Source of the DNA: a bacterium | Lineage (GTDB): Bacteria; Patescibacteriota; Patescibacteriia; Veblenbacterales; UBA10138 | Direction of reading: 5' to 3' | Assembly (NCBI GenBank): GCA_020057885.1 | Contig: JAGVEX010000020.1 | Coordinates: 1-57,175, forward strand | DNA: 57,175 bases | Part shown: one piece after another, positions 1-8,029 of the stretch | Layout: every line of letters starts with the position of its first letter | Numbering within the stretch: the stretch's first letter is position 1 | Made by a program: the position numbers and the translations under genes | Notes under the pieces: model-generated | Seen by the model: only the letters and a program-made list of their open reading frames with translations | What the model was told of the DNA's origin: nothing | Database searches by the model: none

Positions 1-1
1 A

Positions 2-1183
2 AACTGTACCGTTCTTAGCAATGGTAATACCGCCCTCATCTACACCTGCCACAGTCATAGTATTACCAATAAGGGTAAGGCCAGAGGCTGTTACGCCAGA
101 GGCTACCAAACTGGTCAAACTAAAGGTGTGGACATCGCCAGTAGAGGCGCCTGCGGCCATATCAGCTAACACATCCAAAATAATGGAACTGCCAGCTGGA
201 ACAGTAGTGTTAACGCCAGTGAATACTGAATCGTTAGTAGATGAATTTACGGAGTGACCACTGGTCAAACGAGCCGCGCCTTGGAACAAATAAACATTGT
301 CAAAGTCGCTAGTTGAACCTGGGCCAGTGCGGTGTACTGTTACGTTAGTAATACTAATTGCTGTGGAGTTGCCGTTTGACACGGTGAACTTCAAGAACGG
401 TACCGAAGTAGCGCTCTGTGGGATAGTGGCTGAAGCTGGATTATTAGCAGCTAAAGCAACTGATACACCACCAGTAACTATTGGGCCTACGGTTATACCA
501 CCAACAATATCAGAAATGGTACTCTCCTTACCAGTAATGGAAGAACCATTTGAATAGGAGATATCAGTAGTAATACCATACTTGGTTGCATTGATTCCGT
601 TAGCAAGCAAAGCAGCATCCGAAGCGAATGGTTTCTTTGTGCCATTGTCAATGTAATACCAAGTAGTGTCATTGGTATATTTAACTATAGTGCCAGTTGG
701 GTGAACATCGGAATTGAGAGCCGAGCCGCTCTTGTAGTTAAACCAGAAGGCATCGGATACATCTACAATTTTTTTGTTCCAATTAGCACCATATAGTTTA
801 AGAGCCCGAGCTTCGCTGACGATAGAGCGGAGAGTTCCGCCTGTTTCAACAGCATAAACTGTAGGGTCGGTTGTTATTTTCACAAGCCAAGTACCTGGCC
901 TCATGGTAACGTTGCCACCAAGAGGATAGGAAGAAAGCTCGGAAGCAGGAATTGTCTTCACAGTAGAAAAGTCATTGTACCAAGACATATAGACATTCTG
1001 GTGTGGGAAGACATAACGCTTTGAGCCATCGAAGTAGTACACGGCAGAGTTGCCGGCCATCTTGATCAAATCACCGGATACGGCGGCGGCACTTACTCCG
1101 GCAGGAGCAGTAAGCACACCAGCAGACCAAACGATTGTCAAGACAGTCACCACGACGGAGAAAGTCTTTTTGAAATTAGACAT
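2..1183 (-). CDS. Large secreted surface/S-layer-like protein (3' end beyond window edge; missing from ORF track)
   Basis: Manual translation from ATG 1183: MSNFKKTFSVVVTVLTIVWSAGVLTAPAGVSAAAVSGDLIKMAGNSAVYYFDGSKRYVFP... Signal peptide, then Thr/Ser/Gly/Val-rich beta-strand sequence open to the window edge. Confidence 0.8.
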   Translation of the reverse strand, partial: MSNFKKTFSVVVTVLTIVWSAGVLTAPAGVSAAAVSGDLIKMAGNSAVYYFDGSKRYVFPHQNVYMSWYNDFSTVKTIPASELSSYPLGGNVTMRPGTWLVKITTDPTVYAVETGGTLRSIVSEARALKLYGANWNKKIVDVSDAFWFNYKSGSALNSDVHPTGTIVKYTNDTTWYYIDNGTKKPFASDAALLANGINATKYGITTDISYSNGSSITGKESTISDIVGGITVGPIVTGGVSVALAANNPASATIPQSATSVPFLKFTVSNGNSTAISITNVTVHRTGPGSTSDFDNVYLFQGAARLTSGHSVNSSTNDSVFTGVNTTVPAGSSIILDVLADMAAGASTGDVHTFSLTSLVASGVTASGLTLIGNTMTVAGVDEGGITIAKNGTV

Positions 1184-1457
1184 TTTTATAATTTTCCTTT
1201 TAATGAAGAAGTTTAGTAAATAACGAATCATGAATAAAAATCATGGGGGGTTATTAACTTTACTTACTTCATATTATTAAGAGTGGAACTCATCCTCATC
1301 GGCTCCAGCGCCTTAGCGGCAGTGGACGACTCGACCTTTGTAAAAAGAGAGGATTATCCGGCTCAAGTAGTAAATAACTTAAAAAACTTAATGCGTCAGT
1401 ATAATAATTTGCTTTTGCTCACAGAATTTTGGCCTAAACTATTTCTATTCTTAATCA

Positions 1458-1533
1458 AGCCGCCCATGGGTGATTGAATCCCGCCCGAAAGCGGGACAAC
1501 CTGTCATCCCGCATTTGCGGGACGAACGAGCTA
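1458..1533 (-). pseudogene. Degenerate tRNA-Thr(CGT)-like remnant interrupted by two TCCCGC...GCGGGA hairpins
   Basis: Minus strand GCTCGTTCGT[hairpin]ATGACAGGTTGT[hairpin]ATTCAATCACCCATGGGCGGCT resembles the anticodon arm, T arm and 3' acceptor strand of a tRNA; no matching 5' acceptor strand. Confidence 0.4.
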
Positions 1534-1721
1534 TTATAACCCAGCCAGATAGAGAACGAAACAATGTTAAACCTAAATGTAAGTGAACTTGAGCCAACTA
1601 AATACTTACGACATTATATGTTCTTAAGTTGTAAACGAGCTTGAGGGGGGTCGTCTGACCCCATGACTAGCATTCACCTATTGTGCCTAATGCCAAGCAT
1701 GGGAAGGCGACACTGTGTTAA

Positions 1722-1847
1722 AATTTGAAATTCGAAATCCTAAATACTAAACAATATAGGAGTTATAAATTTATAATTTGGGATTTTGGATTTGTTTAGG
1801 ATTTAGATATTAGAGTTTAGCCTGCCTGCCGGTAGGCAGGGATTTAA
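1722..1847. repeat. Heptamer-periodic inverted repeat element (AAATCCT/AGGATTT family) carrying a 20-bp palindrome insertion at 1821-1840
   Basis: 1785-1820 is identical over 36 nt to 56016-56051; CCTGCCTGCCGGTAGGCAGG interrupts this copy only. Confidence 0.85.
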
Positions 1848-1854
1848 TCTCTCT

Positions 1855-2991
1855 TTATTGCTTCACATTTGTATTCGTATTGGTGCTAGGGGTTGGTTCA
1901 GCTGGTTTTTCTACTTTCTCTGGATTAACAGGAGCTGTTTCGTTAGGCTTAACTTCGGGAGTGGTTGTGGTAGCGCCATCTACTTTACCCTGCTCTTCTG
2001 TTGGGGTAGCTACTGCCGGAGTTTCGGCTTTAGTAATAGCGGCTTCGGTTTTAGTGGTAATATCTTCGCTCTCTTGCACTTTTTGCAAAGCTAAAGTAAA
2101 TTCTTTCTTTTGAATAAGAACCATAGCCTCGGTAAGCGACTTTTTGGCCTCGCGGGAAGCTTCTTTGGCCGGCACTACGGTTTGTTTGGTTTCCAACACT
2201 ACGCGGGGAGCTGACTTGGATTCGGGGAATTCACTAATTCTGTTCTCCATATTATTAAGCTTGTTTTGAATTTTAGAAATTTGTGATTCCAACCTTTGGG
2301 CTACAGCGGCTGGCAATAAACCATTTTGCCCGTTTTGATGCGCATCTACCAAAACAGCCAAAGCAGTGGCAGAAAGTTTATCTGTTAAAACTACAGCCAC
2401 ATTGTAAGAGGTTTGCGAATTAGGCGACACTTTAGTGTTAGCTAATTTATTTTCTAGTTCAGTAGCAACTTCATCATATTGCATGGCTAATTTGCTATCA
2501 TCCGCCGCTTGCAACGAAGCCTGCGCAAAACTTAAATCAATATTATAATCGCGCAATAAACCAGCTTGGGCCGGCGTTGCACTGGGTGGTAAATTATTAA
2601 ACTCGTTCAATCTGCGTTCAGCTAATTTAAGATGAAAAAGGCCTTGCGTGGCTGGAGTGGAACGCAGGGAAAGTTCTACGCGCTCAACTGTGCGCTTAAC
2701 CGGATAAAATAAATTGCCTGGTAAGCTGGCGCTGTAAGCTTGAGAAATAGGTGCATAACCAAAAATCAAACCAAGCATCACAACTAGCATCGGCATAATT
2801 GGCACTGGTGATATTACCAAACGTACTCGCGACCAGCTCAAACTAACCACCTCGCTAAAATTGTAAGTGCGGCTGGTTTGGGTTTCGGTAAGAGTTAAAA
2901 GTCGCTCGCGTGTTTGCTCGCGCCAAAGGGCTGGAGCTCGCTTGGTAACTTGTATCTCTTTTAATTGATTGAATAATTTATGGTCAGACAT
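1855..2991 (-). CDS. Membrane-anchored putative anti-sigma factor (DUF5667-like)
   Basis: Single TM helix followed by SLPGNLFYPVKR..ERV motif; directly downstream of an ECF sigma gene. Confidence 0.7.
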   Translation of the reverse strand: MSDHKLFNQLKEIQVTKRAPALWREQTRERLLTLTETQTSRTYNFSEVVSLSWSRVRLVISPVPIMPMLVVMLGLIFGYAPISQAYSASLPGNLFYPVKRTVERVELSLRSTPATQGLFHLKLAERRLNEFNNLPPSATPAQAGLLRDYNIDLSFAQASLQAADDSKLAMQYDEVATELENKLANTKVSPNSQTSYNVAVVLTDKLSATALAVLVDAHQNGQNGLLPAAVAQRLESQISKIQNKLNNMENRISEFPESKSAPRVVLETKQTVVPAKEASREAKKSLTEAMVLIQKKEFTLALQKVQESEDITTKTEAAITKAETPAVATPTEEQGKVDGATTTTPEVKPNETAPVNPEKVEKPAEPTPSTNTNTNVKQ

Positions 2992-2996
2992 AATAA

Positions 2997-3148
2997 TTTA
3001 ATTTCTACCTGCCTACCGGATTCCGGCGAGCTCAATCGAGTCGTAGGCAGGAATCCTAATATCTAATGTCTAAATATTATAGGAATTATAAATTTATGAT
3101 TTGGGATTTATGATTTGTTTAGGATTTAGGGTTTCGAATTTAGGATTT
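2997..3148. repeat. Heptamer-periodic repeat element with nested palindrome insertion (3008-3051)
   Basis: Similar to 1722-1847. Outer CCTGCCTACCG|GTAGGCAGG is split by the 24-nt GATTCCGGCGAGCTCAATCGAGTC. Confidence 0.8.
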
Positions 3149-3699
3149 TATAATTGTCCCAGCAGTTTTTTTAGTTCTTGCAAAGCGCGGTGCAGAATAA
3201 CGCGCGTGGCTGCTGGTGACTTGTTAATAATTATAGCTATCTCGTGCGGCTTTAAACCTTCCACATAAGCGAGTACTACTACTTCTTGCCATTCATCTTT
3301 TAATTTAGTAAGCGCACTTTCAATATCTCGTAAGCTCAAACGCATTTCAGGGCTAAGCTGGCCAGGGGCGTGGGTGGCACCAATATCAATCGCCTCTTCC
3401 AGTGACAGTGTTTTTTGTTCACTGCGATAATGATCAGCAATTAAGTTGCGTGCTACCTGATAAAGATAAGCTCGCAAATTTTTAACGCGCGCCTCATTAT
3501 TTTGGGTTAGATACTGCCACAGCTTTAAAAAAAGCTCCGAAGTAATATCTTGCGCCAACTCTTGAGTGCGCACGCGAAATGCCACAAACCGGAACAACGA
3601 ATCAACATAGGTGTCGTACACCGTGGCAAAGGCTTGCTGGTCGCCATGCTTGATTTTTAAAAGCAGAATCTCCTCCTCGATCCTGCGTGTTAATGACAT
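3148..3699 (-). CDS. ECF-type RNA polymerase sigma factor
   Basis: Region 2 (AQDITSELFLKLW..YLYQVARNLIADHYR) and region 4 HTH (EGLKPHEIAIIINKS..TRVILHRAL). Confidence 0.92.
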   Translation of the reverse strand: MSLTRRIEEEILLLKIKHGDQQAFATVYDTYVDSLFRFVAFRVRTQELAQDITSELFLKLWQYLTQNNEARVKNLRAYLYQVARNLIADHYRSEQKTLSLEEAIDIGATHAPGQLSPEMRLSLRDIESALTKLKDEWQEVVVLAYVEGLKPHEIAIIINKSPAATRVILHRALQELKKLLGQL

Positions 3700-4237
3700 A
3701 TAAGTAGACGAGATAATGTATTAAACGTTACACCACATGACTGCTACTTTAACTATTTTAGGCCGTTTTGGCAAGTGGCAAAAATAGGGCTCTGGATGGA
3801 CTACCTTGGTTTTAAACACTAATTTTAGGCTTAAAACACACATAAAATAGGTATGTTTATCTATTTGTGTATAAAATCATTACATATATAACGAATTATT
3901 TAGGCAATACATTATATGACGAATTATATATTGTTATATATCAAATTTAGTCTAAGTTGACTCTTTTAGCCCTTTATTTACCCCTGTATTTATTTATGAT
4001 TATTACCTATTTTTATTTATGTCTATTACCTATTTTTTATCATATTTATTATACTTTTCTTAATTATATTGACTGAAAGTATACACTAGTGTATACTTTC
4101 AATATATATACATGATGTGTAATATAAATAAACAAGATGCTTGTCTAAATATTTATCCTAATAAAAATTCAACTAACAAAACTGTAGCTAATAATTTATA
4201 AAACCATCCAACGCGATCTCAGTTTATACTCATTAAG

Positions 4238-4246
4238 TTATCCACA
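4238..4246 (+). promoter_or_regulatory. Consensus DnaA box TTATCCACA (further copies at 11647-11655 and 12626-12634)
   Basis: Exact 9-mer match; all three copies are intergenic and preceded by AAG. Confidence 0.5.
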
Positions 4247-4269
4247 ACCATTTCTTATCCCCTACCACT

Positions 4270-4536
4270 ATGGCGACACTAATTAGAATTTCCATCAGCG
4301 AAGCCTCACGGCTTTTTGGCGTCTCGCCTAAAACTATCCGCTTAGCTATAAGGTTCGGCCAAATTACTTATGTAGTGGTACGCGGCAGATATAAACTCAA
4401 TTTTGAAAGCGTGCTAACTTGGTCGCAAGCCTCCACGCGGCGAAGGAATATTTTTCAAAAATCCGGCCTAGGACAATATGCCGAGCAATGGAAAATCCGC
4501 AACCGCAAATACTCCCCTCACCCACCAACGGAATAA
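4270..4536 (+). CDS. Small helix-turn-helix DNA-binding protein (excisionase/MerR-like HTH)
   Basis: ISISEASRLFGVSPKTIRLAIRFG HTH signature. Confidence 0.75.
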   Translation: MATLIRISISEASRLFGVSPKTIRLAIRFGQITYVVVRGRYKLNFESVLTWSQASTRRRNIFQKSGLGQYAEQWKIRNRKYSPHPPTE

Positions 4537-4635
4537 AATCCTCAATAGTATACAATGAATTTATTTAACCTTAATTAATTTGTATATCACTCACTACTTC
4601 TTCTATTTAGATGTATTTTGTTGTAAAATTAAATT

Positions 4636-5574
4636 ATGAAAATTAACCATATAAAAATTCGGCTATTAAAGAAAAGGCTGCTTTGGCTTAAACATGAACA
4701 TTTCAAACCAGCGCTTAGTGGCACACACCATAGTGTTGTAATTTCTCAAAATTACGTGATACGAGAGCGGAAAGATAGGCCGGAACTGATACGGCAAGAA
4801 GCAAGGTTCTTACAACAACTCCATCATCCATTAATCCCAAAGATTATTTGGGTAGGAAAAGTTGGACAATCTACTATAATGGTTGAAAATTATATACCTG
4901 GTATTACGCTTGATAAACACTGGAAGCAGTTATCACGAGTTGCTCAATCTCATATTGTAGGTCAGGTGCTAGAATTCCTAAAGTTTCTACGGCAGAATAC
5001 CACACGTTTAACTTATTCGGTGGCAACCAGTAAAACATACCCTAATTTTACAAATTACCTTACACAACAAATCGCTCAACACACTAAGTTGATTAAAAAA
5101 TGCAAGCCAGCCCGTGCGTTGCTTGAAAAAATTAACGCGGTAATTACTGATTCCGCCCTGCTCAAACTGTTTATAACTAAGCCTATCATAGTGCATGGTG
5201 ATCTTATTAATCACAACTTATTAACCGACGGAAAAAACCTGACCGGTGTACTGGATTTTGAACTAGCCTTATTTGGCGACCGAGATTATGATATATGTCG
5301 GTTGTTCTACTACCAAGAATGCGCAATAGCTTATCACGAACAAGGTAAGGACCCACATTTTGAAGCCACCTATATGAAAAATCTCACAAGTGCTATTATC
5401 AAGAGTACTCTTATTAAGAATCTGGATAAATTTTGGAAAAAATATCAATTTATACGAGCCTTCTTCATACTCGGTGCTTTAGCTTGGGCGGTTAATTCAG
5501 ACAAGCCACAAAAAAATATCAAGGAGCTCGAGATATTGTGGAATAAAAATAGGGTTAAACGAATACACGCTTAA
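4636..5574 (+). CDS. Aminoglycoside phosphotransferase (APH)-family kinase
   Basis: Brenner motif HGDLINHNLL and LDFE metal-binding motif. Confidence 0.85.
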   Translation: MKINHIKIRLLKKRLLWLKHEHFKPALSGTHHSVVISQNYVIRERKDRPELIRQEARFLQQLHHPLIPKIIWVGKVGQSTIMVENYIPGITLDKHWKQLSRVAQSHIVGQVLEFLKFLRQNTTRLTYSVATSKTYPNFTNYLTQQIAQHTKLIKKCKPARALLEKINAVITDSALLKLFITKPIIVHGDLINHNLLTDGKNLTGVLDFELALFGDRDYDICRLFYYQECAIAYHEQGKDPHFEATYMKNLTSAIIKSTLIKNLDKFWKKYQFIRAFFILGALAWAVNSDKPQKNIKELEILWNKNRVKRIHA

Positions 5575-5588
5575 CCCCACGATTGTAG

Positions 5589-5684
5589 TTACTTACAACC
5601 AGTTCGTTTACCAGGGAACGATGCCCCTGAAACCAAGGATATTACCTTGGTGATTTTGATCTTTTTGATCTCGATCTTTTTCAC
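5589..5684 (-). CDS. Putative RiPP precursor peptide, 31 aa, MKKIEIKKIKITKVISLVSGASFPGKRTGCK
   Basis: GTG start 6 nt after AAAGGAGGTGA (5691-5701); TAA at 5589-5591; 39 nt downstream of the radical SAM stop on the same strand. Confidence 0.75.
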   Translation of the reverse strand: MKKIEIKKIKITKVISLVSGASFPGKRTGCK

Positions 5685-5723
5685 TTGTTTTCACCTCCTT
5701 TCATAAGGTACATATTTGGATGA

Positions 5724-7157
5724 TCAGCTACCTATGGCAGAGTTATGTGACCGAATATATTCAACCGCTAACGCTTCAGTGACTAAGCGATAAAAATCAC
5801 ACATATCAGCAAATAGCTTTTGTCGCTTTTCTCCAACAGCCCGTGCCGTTACCTCCCTTGTTACATGACACTGACCACCGCATGGCCCCTCAATAATACA
5901 CCCTAAACAATATTCATCGGTTCCGGGGAAACGGTCCTTAACTATTTTGAACAAGCCACCTGTTTCTTGAAACATCTGATTAAAGTTATCAATATGCCCT
6001 ATGGGTGTAGTGGTATGGCTACATATTTTAATACTACCATCAACATTGAATTCAAGTGCTCTTCCCTCAGCAGCGGCACAAAAAGCATGGTTCCCTGTCA
6101 ACAAGCTTTCACTGGTAAGGTTTCGAAAAACACTGTCCCAAGTGCCAAAAAAATCAATGTTCTTATTGTTGGCATACTTTTTGAAGCGAATGAGTTTGTC
6201 TATCCTCGACGTTAATGGAATATCGACTAAGCTAATAAGATCATAATCGAAAGCGATTGATGTCATGCCCCTATTCGCTGCCAGATCAATAATATCAATG
6301 TCAATGAGGTCAAAGTTACCATTTGTTACTGTGATACTAAAACCGTCCAATGGATAACCAATTTCTTCTAAAAGATCAAACTTTTCCAATATGCGGTTAA
6401 AGGTACCTTTGCCCCCTTTAGTTAAACGAATTGCGTCATTAGCTCTTGAGGTACCGTCGAGTGATGTAGCGATACGTATTTGATATCTTTTAAACGCTTC
6501 AGCAATATCCCTCGTCATTAGTACCAAGTTAGTATTGATGGTGAATTCAAAAGTTAAGTCGTGCATTTCTTCACAATAGTGAATGATTTTTTCGATCACT
6601 AGCCAATTGAACAACGGCTCAGCATTTCCAAAATGGACTTTGCAAAGCGTATGTCCATTTTCTCTCATTAAAGCTGTGTAATGATCTATACATTTTTTAG
6701 CTATCTCCCAACTCATGTTGAGCTGTTTTACTGGCCTCTGGTACACGGAGAGAATTGTGTTAGTATTACCCGAAGGTTGAAAATGGAGACAATGAGCACA
6801 CCCAAAATTACAAAAATCACTAATTGCGAGTCCCATTCGATCAATTGTCTGTCTGGTGTTGACTACGGATAAATGCCGAGCTTTTTGCTTTTGCAAAAAC
6901 TCTTTCTCGTCGAAGCCTGGTTCAATGAGAAAAAAGATGCTAGCAAATTCTTGGATAGTATTTTTTGGATTACCATCACACATTTCAATAATTTCTTTTT
7001 CGGTTCTTGGTTGTTTGAAAAAATTTAAGAATCGCAAACCTTCATGGCTTACAATTTGGGGATTACCATACAATGTATGATACACCATCGCCAAGTTTGA
7101 TCTCGGATCGAATATGGTGTGTATATTCGGAGACAATTTATATTGTTTTATTGCCAT
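5724..7157 (-). CDS. Radical SAM/SPASM peptide maturase with N-terminal RRE/PqqD-like region
   Basis: CNFGCAHC (CxxxCxxC); SPASM Cys pattern FCAAA..ICSH..CLGCIIEGPCGGQC..MC; ~100-aa N-terminal extension. Confidence 0.9.
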   Translation of the reverse strand: MAIKQYKLSPNIHTIFDPRSNLAMVYHTLYGNPQIVSHEGLRFLNFFKQPRTEKEIIEMCDGNPKNTIQEFASIFFLIEPGFDEKEFLQKQKARHLSVVNTRQTIDRMGLAISDFCNFGCAHCLHFQPSGNTNTILSVYQRPVKQLNMSWEIAKKCIDHYTALMRENGHTLCKVHFGNAEPLFNWLVIEKIIHYCEEMHDLTFEFTINTNLVLMTRDIAEAFKRYQIRIATSLDGTSRANDAIRLTKGGKGTFNRILEKFDLLEEIGYPLDGFSITVTNGNFDLIDIDIIDLAANRGMTSIAFDYDLISLVDIPLTSRIDKLIRFKKYANNKNIDFFGTWDSVFRNLTSESLLTGNHAFCAAAEGRALEFNVDGSIKICSHTTTPIGHIDNFNQMFQETGGLFKIVKDRFPGTDEYCLGCIIEGPCGGQCHVTREVTARAVGEKRQKLFADMCDFYRLVTEALAVEYIRSHNSAIGS

Positions 7158-7302
7158 GTCTTCGCCTTTCTCTAATTTTGATTGTTAATGAACACTCTAA
7201 ACTGCTCTTATTTTTATACTAGTTAGGTATAAATGTCAAGAGCGTGGCCCTCACTGGTTTACTCACTCAGAGCAATCAACTATGAAGGTAAAATAATATT
7301 AT

Positions 7303-7334
7303 AAAAAAGAGCTGATATATTGTCAGCTCTTTTT
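7303..7334. terminator. Bidirectional intrinsic terminator
   Basis: AAAAAAGAGCTGA-tatattg-TCAGCTCTTTTT. Confidence 0.7.
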
Positions 7335-7343
7335 GTAATGGCG

Positions 7344-7550
7344 TTAATATTTTCTACGTTTGGGGGTGTTTTTGTGTATTATCCAAATTCCTATGGCAAT
7401 AAGAGTAAGGGCAATAAAGACTACCCACATAGACCCTTCTGGTATTAAACTGCCGAGTAGATTAAGAGGTATGCACGATACGCCAAGCAAAACTACTAAC
7501 GCCCCAAACGATAAAAATATCGCCTGCTTTATTGATCTGTTTTTATTCAT
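7344..7550 (-). CDS. Small two-TM membrane protein
   Basis: Two hydrophobic stretches, basic C-terminus, GGAG upstream. Confidence 0.6.
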   Translation of the reverse strand: MNKNRSIKQAIFLSFGALVVLLGVSCIPLNLLGSLIPEGSMWVVFIALTLIAIGIWIIHKNTPKRRKY

Positions 7551-7711
7551 TATTTCTCCGTTATTTTAATATATTTCTGTTTTATTTTTGTTACGGAACT
7601 CTATACTAATTCAAAAACAACATTATGTCAATAATGTTAATTATGGATATACAAAACCACCCAGCAAATTGCTGGGTGAGTTGAGTGAAATTATAAAACT
7701 ATAGTTACTAA

Positions 7712-8029
7712 CTAATAAGCATGGAAACCAAATGGCATTGGATTTTCAAACAGACCACCATCTATGTTCAACCATATAAATAAAAGACAAAAAAATATAA
7801 TAATTAAAAATATAACTTTGGTTGGTAATTTAAAAATTCTATAAAAAAAGAAAAAGCTAACTAAAAAATAAAGAAGATATGACCAAAGAGCCCAGGATGT
7901 ACCACCAATATCGAAGGATGAAAAATTTGTTACTTCACTTATAAATATTAATAAAAAAGTTCCTAAAAAACTAACAATCAAAAAACTAACATATCTAAAA
8001 ACTATTTTTATCGGCTCATTTAATTTCAT
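7712..8029 (-). CDS. Small three-TM membrane protein
   Basis: Hydrophobic ORF overlapping the stop of the upstream lipase-like gene. Confidence 0.6.
   Translation of the reverse strand: MKLNEPIKIVFRYVSFLIVSFLGTFLLIFISEVTNFSSFDIGGTSWALWSYLLYFLVSFFFFYRIFKLPTKVIFLIIIFFCLLFIWLNIDGGLFENPMPFGFHAY

Noticed and set aside
21..557. Plus-strand ORFs 21-257 and 297-557, and the many similar short plus-strand ORFs opposite housekeeping genes
   Set aside because: Antisense shadows of well-supported minus-strand genes
1722..3148. CRISPR array
   Set aside because: Repeats are heptamer-periodic and dispersed, with no regular repeat-spacer units and no cas genes
3780..4250. Very AT-rich region with short repeats (ATTACCTATTTTT x2) and a DnaA box as possible oriC
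   Set aside because: Only one consensus box here, no dnaA/dnaN nearby, and gene orientation bias does not switch across it
5724..5726. Recoded TGA (genetic code 25)
   Set aside because: TGA terminates the radical SAM and GIY-YIG genes at sensible positions and long genes translate intact under code 11
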